Source of the DNA: Eledone cirrhosa
Taxonomy: Eukaryota
Length of the DNA: 64,000 nt
NCBI GenBank assembly: GCA_964016885.1
Contig: OZ024741.1
Coordinates: 305,288,001-305,352,000 of the forward strand
Direction: 5' to 3'
Shown: piece after piece, positions 53,307-64,000 of the stretch
How positions within the stretch are numbered: position 1 is the stretch's first letter
Layout of the letters: every line of letters begins with the position of its first letter
Program-made: the position numbers and the translations under genes
The notes under the pieces: generated by a model
Told to the model about the DNA's origin: nothing
Database searches by the model: none
What the model saw: only the letters and a program-made list of their open reading frames with translations

Positions 53307-55887
53307 TATTTATCTAAAAGCTTTCCATCATAATTCTATGTAAGATTCCTTTTTAAGTTCTGTTCCAATAATCAGAAAGTTATATTATTAGAAAATTATA
53401 TTATCATATAACTCTAAATTCTTGATTATTTTCAAAATAATTTCAAAATCATAGGAAATGTCTTTCATTAGAAATATGATATTGAAAGGGTTGAAAACTA
53501 ATCATATACTCTCGGGTCCCAAATAATAGGGAGTGGGGTTTGGAAATTCGGTAATTTTTCTAGGTTGTCTCTTGATTTCTTTTAAAAGCCAGAATTAGTT
53601 GTTTAGTTTACATATTAAGACCCCAACCCAACCTATTTGTAATGTACTTTTTTAGTCATGTATAATGTTTTTTAATGTATAAAAAAAATTCATTGCTATA
53701 GGAATGCTACCACTTAAAATAAAATTTCGCCAGGGATTGATTGGCAAAAAGAGCAGGGAGTGTGGGACTGAAAAATTAATAAGTATGGTAATTTTGGAAT
53801 AATTGTATTAAGTATTTTACTTTAAAATACAGAACAGTGTTGCCACTTTGTGAGAATTGTTGAGATGGGCAACTTGCAAGGGGTCATCTATCATGCATTA
53901 TAAATTTAGGGAAATATTTGAGCATGTCGGTTAAAAATAAAAAAATAAATATAATAAAAACATAGTTAAAATTAGGAATGACTTAAGCTTGCGTGGCTGA
54001 AAATTTAATTGGGGCCCATGTACATTATTTTTGACCTTTTAAATATTGCCGCTTGTTAACTCTTAACATCCTATAATGTTTTAGCATAAAACATCTAAAA
54101 GTAGGTTTGTTAATTGAAATGTTTGTAGTATCTTTATTACTGGACAGATCATTGTGGAAATTTTCACGAGATTGAAATAAAGATTTTAATTTGTAATATG
54201 ATTGGGATAAAGCTGACTTTGCACAATTAGACCCTGCTAAGGCAATGACACATGACCGTGATCTCTGGTGCAATGTAGTATTACAGAAGACCTATCTTCC
54301 CATATGCTGAGGCATATATCTAGTAGGTAACACCTTCTCCTACCATATCCCCTCCCTTGCTGTAATCATCCCACCCTATACCTACATCACCAATTCCCCA
54401 GGCATCTTCCCCACTCTGCTCAAGTCCCCAATCCACACCATAAAGTGGTCCCCTTGGAGTCACGACAAAAGCGCCCATTTCACACTGTAAAGTAGTCATG
54501 TATGTGTCATGACAAAAAACGCCCAGTCCGCACTGTAAAGTGGTCATGTAGGTGTCACAACAAAAAGCACCCAGTCCACACTGTAAAGTGGCCGTGTTAG
54601 TGACACGACAAAAAGTGCCCAGCCCATACTGTAGAGTGGTCATTTAGGTGTCATGATAAAAAGCACCCAGCACACACTGTAAATGTGTTTGACATCCAGC
54701 CATAGAAACAAAGCCAAAATCAGTTCTGTGTGAGTGAAACACGGTCCTCCGACCTGATCTCTCACAAAGGGACAGCCAATCCTATCCATGCTAGTGTGGA
54801 AAATGGATGTTAAATGATGATGATGATGCAGTCCTTGTGCTGTTTTGTGCTATACAAGCATATCTTGCTCATTTGGTTTCATGCTGTACAAGATGTTAAA
54901 TAATAAATTTTGTATAACAAAAAAAAAAGCATGCCATAAATCAACCATTCTTCTCAAAGTCATTTCTAAAATTTGGTTATCATCATCATTTAACATCTGT
55001 CTTCCCTATTAGCAAGGTTGGATGAGTCTTCACAGACTGAATCAGTACTATAACAGGGCTACTGATTTCTCAGATGGACCAAGGGCCTGTATTTTGCTTA
55101 CATACATTCCTGCTCTACCAACTGTATTTTATTGTATCATGGCCCCAGCACTAAGGAGGTGGTCATGTCTTTGACACAGCTGAAGAGTCCTCCCAAGTGA
55201 ATCATATTATACTGAGTGAATTTTCTTATACTGTGCTTGTGGCATGCACAGTAGTTATCACCAAAGTGATAGTCGTGAAGAAAAATATCAGATTAGTTTA
55301 ATATTTTGTTAGTAACTTAATATATGTGTAATTTTCTGTATCATCATCATCATTGTTTAACGTCCATCTTCCACGCTAGCATGGGTTAGACGGGAGTTGT
55401 CCCACTTGAGGCAAGCTTGGTCGGGTGACCGTGTGTCGCTCATATAGGACTATCTGGCAGGATTTCTACGGCTGGATGCCCTTCCTAACACCAACCACAT
55501 TTACAGTGTGGCCTGGGAACTTTTTACCGTGTTACCTACACGACCACATTACAGCGTGGACTGTGTGTTTTTTTTTTTGTTGTGACACCTACACAGTCTC
55601 AATTTCATTATCTCATTTATTTGGACTGGATATTGTGATACTAACTTTACAAAGGGAGGGTGGTGTTGGTGGGAGTGGGAGGATAGAGTAGGGGTAGTGG
55701 ATTGGGGTGTATATTTGGTTAAGCGGTGCCTACTGACTGTAGGTTTTGCTTTGTACATAGGCAAGGTGGGTCTTATCTCTTTTATATTTTTATAATAAAT
55801 AAATAAATGGATATATATATAATAAATTCTTTTTATTTCAAGTTTTCATGTATCTAAATTCTGACAATTGATTATTAAATATGACAT

Positions 55888-56229
55888 GGAGGCACATGGC
55901 TTAGTGGTTAGAGCATTGGCCTTGTAATCGAAAGGTTGTGAGTTCAATTCTCAGACCGGGTGATGTGTTGTTTCCTTGAGCAAGACACTTTATTTCACAT
56001 TGCTCCAGTTTACTCAGCTGTAGAAATGAGATGATAGGGACCCCAGTCCCTATCATTCCACTACAAAGTGGTCGTGGGGGTGCCATGGCAAAAAAAGCAC
56101 CCAGCACTCACTGTAAATGAGGTTGGTGTTAGGAAGGGCATCCAGCTGTAGAAATTAAGCCAGAATCAGTTCCCATCCCACCCTTGCAAGCAGGGAAAAG
56201 CGGACGTAAAATGATGATGATGATGATGA
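55888..56229 (+). mobile_element. SINE family 1, full-length copy
   Basis: Near-identical to 2748-3101. A partial third copy lies at about 30439-30665. Confidence 0.88.
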
Positions 56230-58357
56230 CTAATGATTCTGAGAGGGAGGTTAATTGCCAGAATCAAAGAGCATTATACAGTTGGAAGTTGACAACAGTA
56301 AAAAAAACATATGTGCTTGAATTCCAGAGGGTCAAAATTCAGGGAAGAAAGGATTGGACCTAGTGGTTAGTCCTGGTCCAGCATGGATATACTATGGGTA
56401 ACAAGAGGAAGAAGAAAAGAGATGAATGAGCTGGGAGTGCTTGAGTGGAGATGGTAAGAGAACATCCAGATCCAAGGAGCAGAGGCCATAGAAGTATAGG
56501 TGGAAATGTCAGAAAGAGGAGACACAGCGCATCTGTGGCCAAAATTTGGGGTGTGTTCGTGAGTGACTTCAGGCTAATTTGGATATCTTTCTTTAAACCT
56601 GGTCTAAAATATTTGTATGTGTAGCAGCAACAGTAGCATCACTATCCTAGATGTAGGAGCAGTAGTCCATTGACTGGAGAGTTAGTAGTTGTTGAGGGCT
56701 GGAATATTTTCTGACACTGAAGAAGAAGACCAGTTCTGGGGATGCAGCTTTGGTGATATTGAGGATGAGCTTTTACCAACAGAGATCCTCAACAATAGTG
56801 AAGCTTAGTATTTGTTGCAACTTTGAGGGTTCTTAGTGGTACATAGATCATGTTTAGGGGAAGATGTAAAATATTTTTTGATATGTGTATCATCATCATC
56901 ATCATCATCATTGTTTAACGTCCATATTCCCCGCTTGCATGGGTTTGGACGGGAGTTTTCCCACTTGAGGCAAGAGTGGTTGTCTTGCTCGCATAGGACT
57001 GTCTGGCGGGTTTTCTACAGTTGGATGCCCTTCCTAACACCAACCACATTTACAGTGTGGAACCGGGAGGTTTTTACCATGTTACCTACACGGCCACATT
57101 ACAGCGTGGACTGTGTGTTTTTTTGTTGTGACACCTACACGACCTCATTTGTTTCGGCCTGGATGTTGGTACCAACATAACTTTACATTGAAAAGGGTGG
57201 TGTGGATGGGGTGGGGTAGTGGGACGGAGGTATATTTTGTTAGAGATGCCTACTGACTGTAGTAGGTTTTACTTTGTATTTAGGTAAGGCGGGTCTTCTC
57301 TATTACTCTGTAGCGCCAAAGATCTCGGTCCAGTGACAGTCTATTAAAGGGATTTGAACATGAGAAGCTTCAGTTGGGGTGCTTCACTCAGCAACTTCTT
57401 ACTGACAAAACCATCTCTTTATAACAATGTTTCTCAATTTGTTTTGTCCCTTGCCCACTTCAATTAAAAAAAAAAAAATCTCTGCCACCATGATTAAACA
57501 AAGTTAGTAAATAGCATAACATATACACTCAATTCTAAATTCCCATACCCCACCAGTAGGTGTGTGCACCCTACTTTCAAAAACACCAGCATAAAGTTTA
57601 TGTATCTTTGACATGTATTTGGAATTGCAATATTTTTCATTTTTACATTTCACATAATCCGTTATATTAAAAATAAATCGTTTAAGTATTGTTCCTTTAA
57701 GTTACTTTTAAAAACTACACATTCCTGAATTTTGCTTTAATTAATAATGTTCTAATTAACAAGAATGGCTGTGTGGTTAAGAAGGTCACTTGGCAACCAT
57801 AGGGTTTCCAGTTTGATGCCATAGTGTGGCACTTTGGGTATGCATTTTCTGCATTAGATTGGCTAATACATTTGTGTGTTGAATTTGGTAGGTGGAAACT
57901 GTGCAGAGCTCTGCCAAATATATATAACTAAAAACCATGATTTAGTACTGAAAGAAAAAGCAAAACAAAACAATGACAGAGGAAAAAATGTTTAGTAAAA
58001 TTAAAATGTTCTATAAAAATAATAGAGAATTTTTCAAATAAATTTCATAGTAAAAATAGATATGTTTTTCTACACAAAAAATGTCTCAACACAAAATTCA
58101 GTATCTTTAAATCAAATAAATATTTCTTTAAAATATTTTGGTTTATAAGTCGTTGCTATCTCTATCACTCGACTAGCATTGTATCTTAATTAGCAAGTCA
58201 TTAGATGAACTTGTTGCTATATCAATATCACAATGATTCTGCTTTTTACAAAAAAACAACAGTTTTTGATTGAAAAATAAAAATAAAAATATAGAATGTT
58301 TATATAATTCATTGGATTTGGAATTTTGAACAGATAGCAGTTGCTGCTTACATCAAA

Positions 58358-59486
58358 ATGGTAGCTGAAGGAAAACCAAAGAAAATTGAACGACTTGACT
58401 CACTTGTCCAAAATGTTACTTGGCGACATTACCTGTTTTTTGTCATTCATATGTTACAGTCAGTGGCTTCATCTATTGGACAGCCTGTTTTAACCCAGTA
58501 TTTATATGGTAAGATAAAAAGAGAATATTTTATTGAAAATAACATCACTGAAACAGAACCACACCGTCGTCTTGGACATTGCTATAAGAATGTTACTAGC
58601 CCAGGCTACAAGTTACAACAAGAAGTACAATCCATTAATGCAGAATGGATGCAGTGGTTTTCTTTAAGCACTGGCATTCCCAGCATCATCGTTATTTTCA
58701 TTGCAGCATCATGGATAGATGTTCTTGGGAGGAAAATTGTGGTTACTATCAATATGACTGGACATATGCTTAGATACCTTATGTATTGCCTTGTTATGAA
58801 ACTGAATTTGAAAACTGAGTATCTTTTATTTGGTTACATTATTGAAGGATTAGTTGGAGGACATTTGCTGAATATAATCGTCACCTATGCATACACTGCT
58901 GATATTACTCCACGTAATAAAAAGAGAGGTTTCTTACTTGTTGTCGTTCACAGTATTTCACATATCTGTTATGGATTAGCTCACTTGGGGTCAGGATATT
59001 TTATTCAAGCAACAGGTTATTTATGGCCTTTAGTATTTGCAATTTGTTTGTCTGGAGTTTTGATCATTCTTTTTGTATTCATAGTTCCAGAGACTATGCC
59101 GAGAGGTAAACTCTCAGAACTTTCTCTGAAGAAGAGTTTTTTTAGGGTAACCATGTTTTATACCTCCAACAAAACTAAGTCTGGCTCACTAAGATTGAAA
59201 TTTTGGCTTTGTTTATTGGCGTTTGCATCATTAAGTCAAGGCATAATTGGAGAATTTGGTCTGGAGGTACTCTATGAATTAAATGCTCCTTTCTGTTGGG
59301 ACTCTGTCAAACTTGGCTTATATGGTGCTGTGATGTCTATAGGTATACCAATTCTTTCCATTGGTACATTGAAATTAATGCAAAAATGTTTATCAGAACC
59401 ACTAATTGGTTTTACTTCATTAATATTCTTCATGCTAAGATCTCTCATCCGCGCATTTTCAACTGAAACATGGATGCTCTATTTAT
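58358..59486 (+). CDS. SLC46-family MFS transporter, large exon B (about TM1-9)
   Basis: 376 codons + 1 nt. Motifs ASWIDVLGRK, YAYTADIT and LYELNAPFCWDS. Ends WMLYL-T|gtaagt at the position homologous to exon A. Possible acceptor ttttgaacag at 58333 ahead of the ATG. Confidence 0.92.
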
Positions 59487-60295
59487 GTAAGTATCATGAG
59501 TTTAATATAAATATTTGCTTTTGTATGAACTGTTTATGAGAAAACATAAAATGTTGCTGAACTCAAACCATTGCACACAAAATAACTGAAAAACTTTGTC
59601 TTATTCCAGATTTAAGTATGGCTGTTACATCAAAGCCAGTCATTCATCTGTTATTAACTCCCACACCATTTAAACTTCAGCATCATTTTCATTGTTATCA
59701 TTGTTTTTATGTCCATTTTCCCATGCATGTACTGACTGGATGGAGACCAGAGTTCATTACAGTTTGATGTGGCATTAAGCAGATGAGAGTACAAGCCTTC
59801 CTTTTGGATGGGAACACCAATGCATCAGTTCCTTGATTGTTGCTAACATATTTTGTCCATGCCATACTGAAAGATAGTCATTGACTTCTTTCATATGAAA
59901 TCACCATTGGGTCTATGAAACTAAGCTATTTACTTTAAAGTGTTTATATTTACCTAAAAAACCTTCCCTCATAATTCTATGCAAGAACCTTTGTTAAGTT
60001 CTATTAAAAAAATCTACTTAATAATTAGAAAATTAGTTATGCTACTAAATCCTTAAAAATGTTTGGTTATTTTCCAGATTGGCAGTGTCTTTCAATAAAA
60101 GTATGGTAATGAAAGGGTTAAGTGTAGTTATTTATGTATATTTGTATGTTCTGTTTATATTTATTAAATTTTTCCAATAAACAAGAAGACGTTTCCGCAG
60201 TAAAGGTTCTCTCACTAGAATTTAGAAAACAATACCTAAGAAATCTGGTATAGTCCTACTGTTCCATACACACATACACATATATATTACATTAT

Positions 60296-60348
<53 letters not shown>

Positions 60349-61099
60349 CAACATTGACCTCAGTAAAATTTAAACTCAGAATGTAGAAAGTTGTAACTAA
60401 ATGTTGTAAACCATCTTGTCCATTGCTCTACTGATACAACCAATCCACCACCCTATAAAATAGATGGAATAATGATATAGTTTCTTTAAATTTTCAAAAG
60501 TAGATTTTTAACTATGAAACCTCTTACGATGACTGACCCTGGCTGTATCATTTCAAAATTATTCTTTATATGCCTTTATTTCTTCACAATAAGTTAAATG
60601 ATATAAATTCTGTACCAAAACTTATAAATTTTCCATATATATATATGTGTGTGTGTGCGTGTAAGTGTGTATTACAGTATGAATACATGGCCTTTATTAA
60701 GTTAGTGGCTGTATCTGTAGAGCATCAGACAACATGCTTAGTGGCATAAAGTTAGGCCCTTTACGTTCTAAGTTCAAATCTCACTTTGCCTTTCATCCTT
60801 ACAGGATCGAAAAATAAAGCACCAGTAATTCACTTGGGATGATTTAATCGACTTTTCCCTCCCGCAAAATTGCTGGCCTTGTACCTAAATCTGAAATCAT
60901 TAAGTTAGAGCAGATGTTTACCTTGTAATCATTGTCAAATGTAACAAATGAAGACCATGCACAGGACTCATTGGTATCCATTTAATCTATGAAATATGAA
61001 TCTTTTAAGAGGGGCAATAAACAAATCCTTGCTTTAAGTTTTTCTGTGTTCAATTCAGAGTGGAAGTCATCAAAGCAAACACTTTCTTTGTTCAATGTA

Positions 61100-61181
<82 letters not shown>

Positions 61182-62062
61182 TGTAAAATCCTGACCACAG
61201 CGCCAAGCGGTTTCGTCTTGTGTATTCAGCGCGCCTTTTAAAGGGTGTAGTAATATTTGCAGGGTGTATAAAAATAGGTCGCTAGTCTTGGTCGAATTTA
61301 TCATAGAAGTAAACTGGGCTGATGAAGAAAGTGGGTGGGGGACAGAGAATGGTAAGTGTATCTGGACAGGCAAGGGGGTCAGGAGAAGGAAGAAGTGTGA
61401 GCGGTTAGTGGGTAGAAGAAGGGTATAATAGGAGTGGAGAGGTGAGGGTTAAGGCTATATATATACATATGTATGTGTACATATTTGTGTGTGCTTATAT
61501 ATATGTATTTTTGTGTGTTGTTGTGTATACATATGTGTGTGTATGTGTGTATTCACGTATATATATTTCTGTGTCCTTGTACTCATGGTTGTGGCTATAC
61601 TGGAGCAAACACTATTTATACTGTTGTTATATTGTGACAATGTGGAGATCCTTGGTTGTTGTCCATTACTGGTGAGCGCAGGAATTCCTTTCTGGTTTAT
61701 GCTGATATTTATAACCAGATAACTTTTATTTCTTATCAGATAAATGGGCCAACTCATTTGGAACCAATAAGGAATGTAATCAGTAATAGATTGATAACCA
61801 AGTAGCTTCACCTCCATACTTGCAAATTCATGTTAACATTATCTCTAAGAATAAGCAATGCAAAGATCTTCCCATTTTATGTATGTCTGCAAGATAAGAT
61901 TTCTTTGTTACTATTTATTTTATCATTGTTTATAAGCAATGGATTGTGTTTATAATCATTATCCTAGTATGAAATCAACTGCATCCTGGTGCTGATCTCA
62001 GAACAACCAAACTTAGAAATTCTTTTCTATTAAGTTTATCTGGTTGGTTTGACTTAGCCAAT

Positions 62063-63242
62063 ATGGTGAAACAAAAAGATTCTTACAACATCACACCTGT
62101 TGAACAACGAGATGGAAATAACACTGAGATTGACAAACAAGATTCTCTCGTCGATAAAGTAACATGGAGACATTATTCATTTTTCTTTATTCATTTTTTG
62201 GAAGATATATCATATGCTATTAGCTATCCTGTAATGGATCAATATTTGTATGCCAAATTAGCCGAAGAACACATTGAAAATACTTCATTCTCTATTAATT
62301 CGACTTTCAGTCATGGAGGCAATTCACTGTGCTCAGTGAACAAGACATCACCTGCTTATATATTACAACAGAAAGTCCAGGCTGAAGCAGCGTCATGGGG
62401 GTTTTATTTTGTTTTGACACAAGGCATACCTCAATCATTTATGGTTCTGCTTATGGGAAGTTGGGCTGATGTTCTTGGCAGAAAACCAGTCATGGCCTTT
62501 AATATGTTAGGCTATGCTGCAAGATGTGCCATCTACATAGCTGTAATGCATTGGAAATTACCAACAGGGTATCTTCTTATAGGATATTTTCTAGAGGGGA
62601 TTGCTGGGGGTTATTACGGTAATACTCTTCTGGCCGTTGTATATACTGTAGATTTAACTGCAAAGGGACGCTTCAGAGGAACATTTCTAGTCATTGTAAA
62701 CAACCTGTCTTATTTATTCTATGGCATTGTTAACTTTGGCACAGGCTATTTTATTCGTACTTATGGCTTTTTCTGGCCAATAGTCAGCTCTTTTATATTT
62801 AAAATCATTCTCATTATTTTAATATTAGTTCTCCCCAAAGAAACAATGAAAACACGAGGCAGTTGGTCAGAACTTAAACTTGGTAAAAGCATTAAGCGAG
62901 TTTTGAAATTTTATCTGAAAGCTGATAGACACCAAAATAAAAATTCTCGCTTAAAATTTTATTTGTGCATCCTATGTTTCATAACTTTATGTCAAAGTAT
63001 ATATGGCACATGGTCTATTGAAACATTGTACCAGTTCAACTCACCATTTTGCTTTGATTCTATCAAGCGTGGACGTTATGTTGGAATAATATCCATTGTT
63101 CAACCGGCCGTCAGTGTCATTTCTTTAAAGATTTTACAGCGATTTTTTGAAGATGATATAATTGGTCTCATTGCAATCTTCTCATCGATAACCCAGAATG
63201 TAATTGTAGCTTTATCATATTCAGAATGGATGATTTACACAG
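62063..63242 (+). CDS. SLC46-family MFS transporter, large exon C (about TM1-9)
   Basis: 393 codons + 1 nt. Motifs GSWADVLGRK, YTVDLT and LYQFNSPFCFDS. Ends WMIYT-G|gtaact, with the same phase and position as exons A and B. It is the most divergent of the three. Confidence 0.92.
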
Positions 63243-64000
63243 GTAACTATTTATTGAAATGTTTTTCACATCAATATTCTCAATATTCTTCACAACCTCA
63301 CTAAGCACTTTTGAGAAAGAATTAACTAACCATGACACACTTTTGATTCTCAGTGGTCCTAAGTCATTAATGAATTTGAGAAAGACATAAAAGAATAAAC
63401 ATAATTACATCCTCATTTTCTTTTCCTCATAAAATAGATGACTTCTGTCCCTAGTCAAAACATAAACACTATTTATTTTCCATGCAAATGATAGCCTTGA
63501 GTTTTTTTCCTTGGATTCTGTTGTTTTGTCCTATCAGCAGCATATGTACATCTTCGTATATGCATAGTTATCGAATAAGGTTTAGTAAGATCAAAACATA
63601 TCTGGAGTTGTCACTGTGTCTGTTAAACCACATTAGCTATTTCCAATATCAATTAATTTGGACTTACCTCATTTCAAAAGCAATGTTTTATATTTTTTAT
63701 GTTGAATTGTCTCTCTTGCTTTTGGTTTTATTAAGCACCGTTGAACACTGTTTACCTTACCACAACAACACAGGTAGAGTTTTGATTAATTAAATTTATT
63801 GTTCTTGCCATATTAGCACTTATTTCAGTGTGTATGAATATGTATGTATATATGTATATATAAATGTATGTTTTTATGTATGTATGTACCCCAAACTTGC
63901 CACAATCCAATTACTGAAACCATTAAAAGAATAAAAGAATAGCAAGAAAAACAGACATTAAAAGATGATAATAATTGTTCTATTTTTGGCACAAGGCCAG

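Noticed and set aside
54430-54690. Regularly spaced ~42-bp repeats resembling a CRISPR array (also 1500-1650, 21670-21860, 47050-47190)
   Set aside because: Degenerate tandem units without unique spacers, part of RTE/SINE 3' UTRs, in a eukaryotic context with no cas genes.
59610-59768. Possible phase-1 downstream SLC46 exon (ttattccag then LSMAVTSKPVIHLLLT...)
   Set aside because: Only a faint PVIH/PVIR echo. It has no hydrophobic TM10, no EQG and no donor at ~84 nt, and it runs into a SINE tail.
63482-63793. Hydrophobic 103-aa ORF after exon C as a candidate C-terminal SLC46 exon
   Set aside because: No TM10-12 motifs; typical of a T-rich intron.

Overview
AT-rich, repeat-dense animal genomic DNA. 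The tRNA-derived SINE families, RTE LINEs with (GAT)n tails and long (TA)n tracts suggest an octopus or other cephalopod (inference). Host genes, all on +: (1) a complete 4-exon NPC2/ML-domain gene (8312-22157, 149 aa) that the ORF track misses; (2) three intact, divergent ~1.15-kb SLC46 (PCFT/SLC46A3-like) MFS transporter exons at 42318, 58358 and 62063. Each SLC46 exon starts with its own ATG, encodes about TM1-9 and ends at the same phase-1 donor, and I found no TM10-12 exons between them. The best candidate for an undescribed system is therefore a UGT1A/protocadherin-style array of variable exons spliced to shared constant exons beyond the window. The rest is mobile DNA: a decayed Ty3/Gypsy element with a fold-back 5' LTR, RTE and other LINE fragments (one with a twin-priming inversion), two SINE families, piggyBac-type MITEs, head-to-head non-autonomous Helitrons, and a 25-41 kb cluster of Penelope-like elements in (TA)n. 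The inverted terminal repeats of the Penelope-like elements carry about ten type I hammerhead ribozymes with covarying stems. All calls were made by eye, without database searches.
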